Shown here in pieces: positions 28,841 through 38,470 of a stretch of DNA of 46,788 nucleotides (the stretch's first letter is position 1; each line of letters begins with the position of its first letter). The DNA is taken from contig JAFYKQ010000118.1 of the NCBI GenBank assembly GCA_017537565.1, positions 69,578-116,365 of the forward strand, written 5' to 3'. The notes beneath the pieces are model-generated. The model saw only the letters and a program-made list of their open reading frames with translations, had not been told where the DNA came from and did no database searches. Source of the DNA: Flavobacteriales bacterium (GTDB lineage: Bacteria > Bacteroidota > Bacteroidia > Flavobacteriales > UBA1820). The translations under genes were made by a program, and so were the position numbers.

Positions 28841-29563
28841 ATGGAACCAAAGAAAACCCCAAAAGCCGACCTAGAACGTCGCAAGGGTCTGTTCCTTCAA
28901 ATAGGTCTTATAGTTACACTTTTTGTAACTTTTATAGCATTTGAATGGAAGTCTTATGACAATTCAGACCTTGACCTAGGTAAGGTATCTCTTAATCTAG
29001 ACGATGAAGAGGTTATGATTACAGAACGTCCACTGGACACTCCTCCTCCTCCACCTCCACCACCAGCGGCTCCAGAGCAGATCATCATAGCCGAAGACGA
29101 TGAAGAAATCGAGGAAATGGAAATCCAGTCTGCCGAAACATCTGCTGCCGAAGTAGTTGAAGTGGTAGAAGTGGTAGCCGTAGAAGAAGAAGTGGAAGAA
29201 GTAGTGCCTTTCACTGTCATCGAGGATAAACCTATCTATCCTGGCTGCGAACGTTTCAAGGGTAAAGACGAAAAACTCCTAGAATGTACAAACAAAAAAC
29301 TTAACGAAGTGCTTTCTAGAAACATCGTTTACCCACAGATATGTCTTGAAATGGGTATCACAGGTCGTGTTTACGTGAAACTTACCATCAAAAAAGACGG
29401 TACTGTAAAAGGAGAAATAGCTCGTGGTGTTGATAAAAACCTAGACGCAGAAGCATTGCGTGTGGTTTCAAAAATCAAACCTTTCACTCCTGGTAAACAG
29501 CGTGGTAAACCAGTAGAAGTATCTTATATGCTTCCTGTGAACTTTACACAGCAGTCACGTTAA
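28841..29563 (+). CDS. tonB: Energy transducer TonB
   Basis: KKTPKADLE N-terminus, TM, poly-Pro, YP..GITGRV, PGKQRGKPV. Confidence 0.93.
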   Translation: MEPKKTPKADLERRKGLFLQIGLIVTLFVTFIAFEWKSYDNSDLDLGKVSLNLDDEEVMITERPLDTPPPPPPPPAAPEQIIIAEDDEEIEEMEIQSAETSAAEVVEVVEVVAVEEEVEEVVPFTVIEDKPIYPGCERFKGKDEKLLECTNKKLNEVLSRNIVYPQICLEMGITGRVYVKLTIKKDGTVKGEIARGVDKNLDAEALRVVSKIKPFTPGKQRGKPVEVSYMLPVNFTQQSR

Positions 29564-29577
29564 TAACCGTTACATAT

Positions 29578-29606
29578 AATCCCCGACATCGTCGGGGATT
29601 TTTTTT
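29578..29606 (+). terminator. Intrinsic terminator after tonB
   Basis: AATCCCCGAC-ATC-GTCGGGGATT then T run. Confidence 0.88.
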
Positions 29607-29654
29607 ACATTTGTAGCACATACACATAACATAGTCACATTATAAATAAACATT

Positions 29655-30119
29655 ATGAAAAAAATTTTATCCCTTATGGTATTTGCGTTGTTGGCCTCAT
29701 CGCTACACGCCCAAGTGGTATATCCACCCGTATATAACAAAGCCTGCTTGAGATATGTAGGAGACAACTCCCGCTTGCATAAATGCAACCAAAAACAGAT
29801 ATACAAAGACATAACACGTAACATCGTATATCCAGAAGGTTTTACACACAGAATGAACGGTGGAAGAGTATTGGTTAAAATACTGATAGAAACAGATGGG
29901 ACATTCAGTATAGAGATAATAAAATCATCACATCACGATTTCAGCGTGGCTGTATGGAATGCTTTCCAAAAGATGAACCCTTGGCTGCTGGGAGCGACCA
30001 TTGGCGAGAAAAAGACACAATATGTGTTTATGTTACCCGTATCATTTGCCAAAGGAAGCACTACTCCTACCACCACATCGGCCTCCCCAAAATACAGCAA
30101 TATAACAGGAATGAGATAA
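29655..30119 (+). CDS. Secreted TonB C-terminal-domain-like protein
   Basis: Signal peptide, then RNIVYP..GRVLVK..DGT..MLPVSF, colinear with the adjacent TonB C-terminus. Confidence 0.75.
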   Translation: MKKILSLMVFALLASSLHAQVVYPPVYNKACLRYVGDNSRLHKCNQKQIYKDITRNIVYPEGFTHRMNGGRVLVKILIETDGTFSIEIIKSSHHDFSVAVWNAFQKMNPWLLGATIGEKKTQYVFMLPVSFAKGSTTPTTTSASPKYSNITGMR

Positions 30120-30134
30120 AAACTTTATCACTGT

Positions 30135-30169
30135 AAAAAAAAAGCGGCTGCCTTGGCAGCCGCTTTTTT
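30135..30169. terminator. Bidirectional intrinsic terminator
   Basis: A9-GCGGCTGCC-TT-GGCAGCCGC-T6. Confidence 0.9.
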
Positions 30170-30195
30170 ATCGTCAATACTTTATAATCTCTATA

Positions 30196-30942
30196 CTATG
30201 TAAGCATACCTCCGTTTACAGAAAGCACCTGCCCTGTAACATATGTTGAAAGGTCACTTCCCAGATATAGACAAGCATTTGCTATGTCTTCTACCGTACC
30301 TGCACGTTTAAGAGGTATAGACTCTACCCAGCCTTCTACCACTTTGGCGTCCAGCGCTCCTGTCATTTCTGTCTCTATAAATCCTGGAGCTATGGCATTA
30401 CAACGTATTCCACGTGAACCCAGTTCCAGTGCAACAGATTTGGTAAAACCTATGATACCAGCCTTTGATGCGGCATAGTTTGCCTGGCCTGCATTACCTT
30501 TTATTCCCACTACAGATGACATATTTATTATCGAACCACTGCGTTGACGCAACATAGTACGCTGCACAGCGTGAGTAAGGTTAAATACAGAATCCAGATT
30601 GGTCTTGATGACAGCGTCCCACTGGTCTTTGCTCATACGCATAAGCAGACCATCGCGTGTTATTCCAGCATTGTTCACCAAAATATCCAAACGACCGAAG
30701 TCTTTTACTACCTCATCGGCCAGTGCGTGAGCTTGGTCATAGTCCGATGCATCACTGCGATATCCCTTGGCTGTGATACCATAGGCAGATAGTTCTGCTT
30801 CCAGAGCCTGCCCTTTTTCTACCGATGATAGGTATGTAAAGGCCACATTGGCACCGTGAGCAGCAAAAACCTCGGCTATACCACGAACTATACCCCTAGA
30901 CGCTCCTGTTATAAGAGCTACTTTTCCTTCCAAAAGTTTCAT
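30196..30942 (-). CDS. fabG: 3-oxoacyl-ACP reductase
   Basis: NNAGITRD, GQANYAASK, PGFIETEMT. Confidence 0.95.
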   Translation of the reverse strand: MKLLEGKVALITGASRGIVRGIAEVFAAHGANVAFTYLSSVEKGQALEAELSAYGITAKGYRSDASDYDQAHALADEVVKDFGRLDILVNNAGITRDGLLMRMSKDQWDAVIKTNLDSVFNLTHAVQRTMLRQRSGSIINMSSVVGIKGNAGQANYAASKAGIIGFTKSVALELGSRGIRCNAIAPGFIETEMTGALDAKVVEGWVESIPLKRAGTVEDIANACLYLGSDLSTYVTGQVLSVNGGMLT

Positions 30943-31484
30943 ATATCTACATTATTTGTTGTTAATATTTTTTCTTTTATAAGCGAAAGCAAAACCCTGG
31001 CACTATCCTCGATAGATAGCGTTTCCACACTTACCGTATAATGTGCTCTTTTATAGTAAGGTTCTCTTTTCTCTATGTTTTCTCTCACATAGTCTATGAG
31101 TTCTTCGCGGCTTTTACCCACCACCAACGGGCGAGGATTACGACTGCGGGAAAGTCTGTCTACCAGCGTCATTACCGATGCACACAGATAAATCACTTTA
31201 CACTTTCCCGTTATATAATCCATATTATTCCCCCACACAGGTGTACCTCCACCCAATGAAAGAACCACATCATCATCTCCTTCCAGTACCTCACGCAAAC
31301 ATCTGCTCTCTATCTCTCTAAAACCCCGCTCGCCACTTTCCTTAAAAATATCTGGGATAGAACGCCCCTCACTTTTTTCTATATAGCTATCCAGGTCTAT
31401 ATGCCTCACACCCAAGGACGCACTCACAGCACGTCCCATAGCACTCTTACCACTGGCCATATATCCTACTAGAGCTATCTTCAT
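30939..31484 (-). CDS. aroK: Shikimate kinase
   Basis: GYMASGKS, DLD, GGGTP, RPL. Confidence 0.93.
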   Translation of the reverse strand: MKIALVGYMASGKSAMGRAVSASLGVRHIDLDSYIEKSEGRSIPDIFKESGERGFREIESRCLREVLEGDDDVVLSLGGGTPVWGNNMDYITGKCKVIYLCASVMTLVDRLSRSRNPRPLVVGKSREELIDYVRENIEKREPYYKRAHYTVSVETLSIEDSARVLLSLIKEKILTTNNVDI

Positions 31485-31488
31485 ATCT

Positions 31489-32736
31489 TTATTTTACTTC
31501 TTTGGCCGTTTTTACTTTTGAACCCTGAGCCAATGTCTTGGAAACGGCAGTATAAGGCCCTGTTATAACCACATCACCCTCTTTTAATCCTGCCAAAACC
31601 TCTATATTTTCATCGTCCTGTATGCCTGTCTCAACCTCACACTGGACAGCCTCGCCACCACGCATCACAAACACCACTTGACGTAATTCACTCACGCCCG
31701 TCGTGTCTTTTACCACACGTGTAGTAACCGCCTTGACCGGCACAGAAAGGACTTTTTCCTTACGTGCAGTCTCTATCTCTACCGATGCAGTCATACCTGG
31801 TTTAAATGGTGTATGGGCAAGTTTCTTTTCTTCTGCCAATGCTTTATATGAGTCTTCCAGTAGCAGTATCTTCACCGCAAAATTGGTTACCTGGTCCACC
31901 GATGCCGATGCATCTGATGACGAAGAGGCTATTTCTTCCACCACTCCGCGGAACTTACGTCCCCAGTATGCATCTACCTCTACCACCACAGGATTACCTA
32001 CGGCCAGTTTTACTATATCTGTCTCACTTACCGTTACCTCTACCTCCATCACGTCGAGGTCTGCCACACGCAATACCTCGGTACCGGCCATCGTAGCCGT
32101 ACCTACCACGCGTTCTCCCTTCTCTACATTAAGACGAGATATCGTTCCCGTAATAGGAGCATATATACGCGTACGGGTAAGGTTGTCTTCGGCCTCGGTA
32201 AGGGAAGCCTTGGCACTTTCCAGTTGGGATTCGGCAGCCTCGTGATTAAGCACCGCCACGCGGTATGATGTTTCTGTTGCCTCCCAATCACTACGGGATA
32301 TCGTTCCACTCTCAAACAGAGACTTGGAACGCAGGTATTCGTTATTGGATTCTTTAAGACGAGCAGCCGACTGTTCCAGTGACGCCACCGACTGTTTGAC
32401 AGCAGCATTGGCACGATTGACTGCCGATAGGTAAATGTCTGGCTTTATCTGTACCAGCAACACGCCTTTACGCACCTCATCTCCTTCTTTCACCGTGAGT
32501 TCTATAATCTCACCCGATACCTCGGGAGCTATCTTGACCTCGGTCTTGGGCTGTATCTTACCCGATGCCGTAACTTTCTGTACAATGGTCTGTCGCTGTG
32601 GTTCTATGGTAGTAACCTCCATAGAGATATCATTATTACCTATCACGCCCGTACTTTTAAGAACCGTAAGTAGGAGTATCACAGCCACCACAATAGCCGC
32701 CAATAGATATTTTAATTTGAATTTTCCTTTCATCAT
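31489..32736 (-). CDS. Efflux membrane-fusion / periplasmic adaptor subunit (MacA-like)
   Basis: ASGKIQP..EVSGEI, APITGTIS, KPGMTA. Confidence 0.92.
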   Translation of the reverse strand: MMKGKFKLKYLLAAIVVAVILLLTVLKSTGVIGNNDISMEVTTIEPQRQTIVQKVTASGKIQPKTEVKIAPEVSGEIIELTVKEGDEVRKGVLLVQIKPDIYLSAVNRANAAVKQSVASLEQSAARLKESNNEYLRSKSLFESGTISRSDWEATETSYRVAVLNHEAAESQLESAKASLTEAEDNLTRTRIYAPITGTISRLNVEKGERVVGTATMAGTEVLRVADLDVMEVEVTVSETDIVKLAVGNPVVVEVDAYWGRKFRGVVEEIASSSSDASASVDQVTNFAVKILLLEDSYKALAEEKKLAHTPFKPGMTASVEIETARKEKVLSVPVKAVTTRVVKDTTGVSELRQVVFVMRGGEAVQCEVETGIQDDENIEVLAGLKEGDVVITGPYTAVSKTLAQGSKVKTAKEVK

Positions 32737-32757
32737 CTCGAGAGTAAAATTATATGT

Positions 32758-34122
32758 TTATATCTTGATTTTCTGTGAATGATAGTATTCCAGGAGGAAT
32801 GTCTTGAAAATATAGTCATATTTGGCACGTAGGACATCTGTCTGGCTACGCAAGAGCTGATTTTTGGCAGTTTCATATTCATATGCCGAAAGTTTGCTCT
32901 GTTCAAATTTGGCAGTAGCATAACGCAACGCTTCGGCCGATGCAGCAGCTGCTTTTTCGGCAGCACGATAGCTCTGTAACGAAGATGTAGCATCGGCATA
33001 GGCCTGTTCTATCTTTTGTTGCAATGCCAGACTGGTTTCGTTTAACGTGTATTCTGCCATCATAAGGTTTATCTTACTATGCTGCACCGACGTAATGGTA
33101 GACATACGATTAAAGATAGGTATGGACAGCACTACTTGAAAATAATGTCGAGAGTTATTTCTCCACTGGTCTCCTATGGTAATAGGGTCTCCCGTCGCTG
33201 GATTTCTATAATCAAACGTAAAACTGTTTGACCAGCTGTATCCTGCATTTATGGTAGGGGAGTATCCGCTGCGGGCTATGGCCAGATTACGCGAAGCAAC
33301 CTCAACGTCCTTGCGGGCCTTGTTCATCTCGGGAAGCCCCTCCATAGCCTTCACATATATCTCATATGGCGTGTGATTAAGAACCTCTACACGGGATAGT
33401 TTTTCATAGCTTACAGGCACTATTTCTAACGGAGCATCTATATCCAGCGACAGCAACTGACGAAGTGCAATATAGGCCATCGTCTTCTGGTTACGGGCAT
33501 CTACCAGCGACTGTTCATCACGAGCCAATGTCGCCTCTACCTCATAGAGGTCTCCCTGTGCATTTTTACCCACCGCTATAAGACGATTCATACGTTCTAC
33601 CTGTAATCTGGATAGTTCACACTGGCTTTCGGTTACTTTTTCATATTCTATGGCCGACAGGACAGTGAGATATGCCGATACCACATTGAGTTTTACATCG
33701 CTCAGTATCTTTTCATTTTCATATCTGGCGGCAGCCAACGACAGTTGTGAACGACGATAATTATTAAGGTCACGTAAACCGTTAAAAACATTGAGCGAAA
33801 GCCCTGCACTCACACTCATAGCCTGTTGTGTAGATGTGGTACGTTGGTTGGTATTGGCATCAAAACTGAAACCCTGACTATGGTTATAGTTTGACGAAGC
33901 CGTAACACTAGGCAAGAACGCTCCCCAAGCATCACGTCTATCCACAACCGAACTATTGACATTAAGTTGAGATTTGGCTATAGATATATTATGAGCCAAA
34001 GCATAGTCCACACACTGTTCCAATGTAGCAGGAACAGGAAGAGACTCCATAGATGTCTGCCCCTCCAATCCTCCCACACAAACTATAAACAGCAGCAGAA
34101 ATATATTTTTTTTATATGACAC
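32758..34122 (-). CDS. TolC family outer-membrane protein
   Basis: TLEQCVDYALAHN, FLPSV, LSIPIFN, AKYDY. Confidence 0.92.
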   Translation of the reverse strand: MSYKKNIFLLLFIVCVGGLEGQTSMESLPVPATLEQCVDYALAHNISIAKSQLNVNSSVVDRRDAWGAFLPSVTASSNYNHSQGFSFDANTNQRTTSTQQAMSVSAGLSLNVFNGLRDLNNYRRSQLSLAAARYENEKILSDVKLNVVSAYLTVLSAIEYEKVTESQCELSRLQVERMNRLIAVGKNAQGDLYEVEATLARDEQSLVDARNQKTMAYIALRQLLSLDIDAPLEIVPVSYEKLSRVEVLNHTPYEIYVKAMEGLPEMNKARKDVEVASRNLAIARSGYSPTINAGYSWSNSFTFDYRNPATGDPITIGDQWRNNSRHYFQVVLSIPIFNRMSTITSVQHSKINLMMAEYTLNETSLALQQKIEQAYADATSSLQSYRAAEKAAAASAEALRYATAKFEQSKLSAYEYETAKNQLLRSQTDVLRAKYDYIFKTFLLEYYHSQKIKI

Positions 34123-34160
34123 TTTTACAATAATATGTTTATTATCTTTTTACAAAAACA

Positions 34161-34838
34161 TTATTCAGACTTGGGATATGAAATAGAAAAACACACCGAC
34201 ATATCTACACTCAATGTTATATCTACTGGTTTATCAACATATTCTTTTGCATCTTTTCTAGTCCCATACCCCACTATAACTGCCTTATTTTGAGCATATG
34301 ACATACGCACATTCTGGGCATTGATATATAGTAGTTTCCCTACTTCGGCTTCGCTATCTTTAAGTATAGCTTCGGCCATAGATCGAGCGTTTTTCATAGC
34401 TTCGGGCAGTAGTGCCAGTTTCACTTCATCTTCTTTGGAGTATTTTGTAGAATTTATACGAACGCTTTGTATTCCTTTGAAATCCAGTTCACGAACTATG
34501 TCATAGTATTTTTTATAATTATCCAACGTAAAACTTATAGTTTTTCGGATATATACACGTCCACCTTCGCCTTGTGACGAATTTTCTTGTACAGAAACAT
34601 CTTTCTTTATATCAAGGCCGTTCTCCTTCAATACTTTGATGACTTTCTGTTCCAGGTCTTCTATGTTCTGTTTTCCAAAGAATTCCTTATTCTCTCCAAA
34701 ACTAACAGATACATTTATTATGTCTGGAGTTACTTTTATAGACGCATAACCACTAACGTCCATATATGGATAAGGTTGAGCGTTTACCGATAGGACAGTA
34801 ATAAATGCAAAAAACGACAAAATAACAAGTTTTTTCAT
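34161..34838 (-). CDS. SIMPL (DUF541) domain protein
   Basis: Signal peptide, VSGYASIKVTPD, AMKNARSMAE..VGKL. Confidence 0.75.
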   Translation of the reverse strand: MKKLVILSFFAFITVLSVNAQPYPYMDVSGYASIKVTPDIINVSVSFGENKEFFGKQNIEDLEQKVIKVLKENGLDIKKDVSVQENSSQGEGGRVYIRKTISFTLDNYKKYYDIVRELDFKGIQSVRINSTKYSKEDEVKLALLPEAMKNARSMAEAILKDSEAEVGKLLYINAQNVRMSYAQNKAVIVGYGTRKDAKEYVDKPVDITLSVDMSVCFSISYPKSE

Positions 34839-34933
34839 GTTCTACATTTTATGTTTGTTACAATTTGCTAATTTAAGCCAATTTCATCATTTCTTATCAC
34901 TATTTTTGCAAAAAATTAAAATTTATCATTTCT

Positions 34934-35473
34934 ATGCAAAAACTCACAAGCAATGATTTGGGACGACTCACAGTAGATGACTTCAAAAAATCTACAAAAA
35001 CGCCTCTGTATGTAGTTCTGGACAATGTACGCAGTCTTAATAACATAGGTTCGGTATTCCGTACTTGTGATGCTTTTGCGGTGAAAAAACTGCTCCTGTG
35101 TGGCATAACAGCAACCCCTCCTCACAAGGACATAAATCGTACTGCACTGGGAGCGACAGAATCGGTAGAGTGGGAGTACTTTCCTACCACAGCCGACGCC
35201 ATCACTTCCCTTAAAGAAAAAGGAGTATCAATACTGGCCGTAGAACAAGTAAGCGGCAGTACGTCCCTTGAAAAATTCTATCCTGCACAACAGACAGAAT
35301 ATGCACTGGTCTTTGGCAACGAAGTATTTGGCGTAGAACAAGATGTAGTCAATATGTGTGATGCTGCACTGGAAGTACCACAGGCAGGCACCAAACATTC
35401 GCTCAATATAGCCGTATGTGCAGGTGTAGTGATATGGGATATGTTTTCTAAGATAGTATATCGTAATAAATAG
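34934..35473 (+). CDS. SpoU/TrmH family RNA methyltransferase
   Basis: LDNVRSLNNIGSVFRT, FGNEVFGV, HSLNIAV. Confidence 0.93.
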   Translation: MQKLTSNDLGRLTVDDFKKSTKTPLYVVLDNVRSLNNIGSVFRTCDAFAVKKLLLCGITATPPHKDINRTALGATESVEWEYFPTTADAITSLKEKGVSILAVEQVSGSTSLEKFYPAQQTEYALVFGNEVFGVEQDVVNMCDAALEVPQAGTKHSLNIAVCAGVVIWDMFSKIVYRNK

Positions 35474-38270
35474 TTCCCAGCTCTACATAAGGCTCATCTT
35501 TATTTATCATCTCTCGTAGCACATCATATAAGCTACGTTCATATTCGGCAATATCCATAGCAGAAAACTGTTCTCTACCATTTATTTTAAGAGGCATTAC
35601 TCCTCCCGCTGGTTTGCGTAAGGAGTCTATTCCCACACCAAAACTATCTATCTTTACACCTTGCCTGTCCTTCATCTTTATATAGACATAGGCATAGAAC
35701 ATCAATTGGAAAAATTTACCATAGGAGAAGATATGTTCCACTTTCTCATCGTCCACATAAGACGACCGCAAAACACTCATATCCTCTACTTTAAGGTCTT
35801 TTTCATCTACCTTACCCGTCTTGTAATCCACCACACGCAACACACCGTTATACATATCTATACGGTCTGCCACACCATAGAGTCTTACCTTAACACCGTC
35901 CAGTTCTATCTCTACGTCAAGTTTTTCTTCCAGTCCCACAGGGCATATATCATTGCCCTCCTCTATCTCCTTCATCTGGCAGGACAGATAGTTATGGATT
36001 ATTCTTTTTACAGCCTGGAAGGCGAGAAAATTGGTTCCTGTTTTATAAGAACGCCCCGTGAGTAATTCATCAAAGGCACATTTCACCTCTTTATCTACCC
36101 ACACCTGCATCTTTTTAATGCTATCTACCGTGAGAGTCGTATTTAAGAACGGAGTATATAAAACCTGCAACACACGATGAATGATAGACCCCATAGTATT
36201 GGCTTCGGCAGTTTCATCTACCGTTTCCACATCACCCATATCCAGCACTCGTTTATAATAAAAATCCATAGGACAGGACATATAGCTTATAATAGCAGAT
36301 GGCGAGATTCCCCTTTTCATTATATCCAGCGTACGAGATATGGCATAGGGAGATTTGGGTAGTGTGGTTATCCTTACAGGCAAGGCTCCCGTAGGTGTTG
36401 CTATCACCTCTTCCTTTATATCCCACAGGTCTCTCATATCGTGTTTGAGTTGTTGAACATACCGCGAAGGTTCCATCACTCCCTTGGAACTTTCATCGGC
36501 ATCATAGATAACGCTTATGTGTGATGCCCCCTGTAACAGACGGAAGAAATGATAGGAATATATGGCGTCCTTTTCACTATATGTAGGCAGGCCATAGTAA
36601 CGTTTTACATCGTGAGGGATATAAGTATTCTCATTGCGGGCAGCAGGCAACGTACCTTCGTTCACTCCTGTGATGATGACATTCTTGAAATTGAGCAAAC
36701 GCGTTTCCAGTAGTCCCATCACCTGTAATCCCTCCAATGGTTCTCCATAGAAATCTACCGTCTGACTACTACTCAACTGACGATACAGTTGTCCCATCGT
36801 ATATATGCTCTCCACATATGGATAACGCATCATATAGTCGTGTAACATCTTAAATATCTCATAGCTGTAATAGACATACTCCATACTCATATCATCATAA
36901 CTATCACTCATCTGTTTTATGGAAAGAAGTATATCCTGTATCTTTTCACAGCAGGAGATAGGGGTAGCATCTACCTTCCCCAGCAATAGATTGAGCCTAG
37001 ATATTACATCATCTGGCAGTTTATTTTTCTTTTCTTTACGTGCATACCACTTATAGAATCCTTCCAATGAAAAATCGACTGCATTCTCACTTATGACATA
37101 AGATTTAATAGGTATAGTGTAATCAATGCCGTTATATGTAAGCCATCTGTGTGTAAGGCTATGTGACAGCACCTTCATCACATCCTTGTGATAATAACCC
37201 GATAGATGCAGTCGCCGAGGTGTAGTATGCATATCCATAACCGCCTCTACCCAACCCGAAGCTGGAAGCATAGACAGAGGATACCCCATCGTTACATTGA
37301 CGGCTTTTATACACTGTGGAATAGAGGATAGCATAGGCACCAGCTGTTTTTCATCGGCCAGGACCACTACCGTGTCTTTCATATCGCTATCCTGTTCATA
37401 CAGTCGTTCCAATACTCTACTGGCTGCTTTGCTCTGTGTGACCGTGCGTGTAACGGCTATAACCTCCATCTTCTTTCGTTCACGCATACTATTCTCCACC
37501 CACGTAAAACCACGACCTAATACACCATTTTCCTTTAATCGTCGTAGGAAAAGCCCCGCACTATGACCTTCGCTCATATAATAATCATCACAATGATAAT
37601 ATATATGTGCATCTTTTTTCTCTATGTAATATGATATGATTTCTTCCTCGGCACGGCTCATAGCATTAAGCCCGGCAAATACCCACTGCCTATCATCTAT
37701 CATTGATGCCGCACTGCGTGTAGCATTCTCCCCTGCACGACGGAATATCATACCCGAATACCCTATACCCTGTCCCAATAGTCTTTCACGGAAACAATGA
37801 TACAGTCCTTCGCTCATCTTCCAGAACTCTTTATGACTCTTCATAAGAGGAGAAAGCGGCATCTCCAAATCCCAACCTTCTATACGTTCTACTTCACGCA
37901 AGGTAGCAAATACATCATCTGCCAAAAGCATATAACGGTCTATCTCGTTAAAGTCAGACATAAGAGTAGGCGCCCATTTCATAAAAACATCAAACGCATC
38001 ACACTTGTCCTCGCCACACATCGTTCTATATGCTGCATAAAACTCAAAAAGCAATGTCGTCATAGAGGCTCGGGTAAGGTGAGACATATCCTGCGCCAAA
38101 TCCTCTATCGTACATATATGAGGAGCTATAAAGGGTGTAGTATGTCTTGATGCCAGTTCTTTTTTTATAAAAAGAGCCGCACGACGTGCTGGAACGACTA
38201 TACTTATCTCGTGTAAAGGTCGTCCCATCGTCATTATACTATCACATAGACGAGAGATAAAAGTGTGCAT
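35448..38270 (-). CDS. PD-(D/E)XK nuclease family protein (AddB/RexB-like)
   Basis: VPARRA N-terminus, GLQVMGLLETR, SPSAI..CPMDFY, GVADRID..VVDYKTG. Confidence 0.88.
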   Translation of the reverse strand: MHTFISRLCDSIMTMGRPLHEISIVVPARRAALFIKKELASRHTTPFIAPHICTIEDLAQDMSHLTRASMTTLLFEFYAAYRTMCGEDKCDAFDVFMKWAPTLMSDFNEIDRYMLLADDVFATLREVERIEGWDLEMPLSPLMKSHKEFWKMSEGLYHCFRERLLGQGIGYSGMIFRRAGENATRSAASMIDDRQWVFAGLNAMSRAEEEIISYYIEKKDAHIYYHCDDYYMSEGHSAGLFLRRLKENGVLGRGFTWVENSMRERKKMEVIAVTRTVTQSKAASRVLERLYEQDSDMKDTVVVLADEKQLVPMLSSIPQCIKAVNVTMGYPLSMLPASGWVEAVMDMHTTPRRLHLSGYYHKDVMKVLSHSLTHRWLTYNGIDYTIPIKSYVISENAVDFSLEGFYKWYARKEKKNKLPDDVISRLNLLLGKVDATPISCCEKIQDILLSIKQMSDSYDDMSMEYVYYSYEIFKMLHDYMMRYPYVESIYTMGQLYRQLSSSQTVDFYGEPLEGLQVMGLLETRLLNFKNVIITGVNEGTLPAARNENTYIPHDVKRYYGLPTYSEKDAIYSYHFFRLLQGASHISVIYDADESSKGVMEPSRYVQQLKHDMRDLWDIKEEVIATPTGALPVRITTLPKSPYAISRTLDIMKRGISPSAIISYMSCPMDFYYKRVLDMGDVETVDETAEANTMGSIIHRVLQVLYTPFLNTTLTVDSIKKMQVWVDKEVKCAFDELLTGRSYKTGTNFLAFQAVKRIIHNYLSCQMKEIEEGNDICPVGLEEKLDVEIELDGVKVRLYGVADRIDMYNGVLRVVDYKTGKVDEKDLKVEDMSVLRSSYVDDEKVEHIFSYGKFFQLMFYAYVYIKMKDRQGVKIDSFGVGIDSLRKPAGGVMPLKINGREQFSAMDIAEYERSLYDVLREMINKDEPYVELGTIYYDILS

Positions 38271-38470
38271 ATATCATTATATTATGCATCAAATGTAGTG
38301 AAAATATACAACACATAACTACCCCTTCAAAAATTTTTACGACACAGGAGGCTCACATAGGCAAAATCCCAATATAAAAGACTATCTTTGCAGTGCAGAA
38401 TATGGGGCAGCATACAGAATACCCCAATAACACATTACTGTCTTGAAGACAGCAACTTAAATACATTTAT

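Noticed and set aside
29038-29065. CCT/CCA triplet repeat
   Set aside because: Normal TonB poly-proline linker.
31703-32245. Long antisense ORFs (e.g. 31703-32245, 13056-13601, 18191-18667, 14224-14721)
   Set aside because: Shadow frames of well-supported genes, with no motifs of their own.
35448-38270. PD-(D/E)XK nuclease as a defence or Cas4 system
   Set aside because: Architecture fits the housekeeping AddB-like repair subunit; no defence context.
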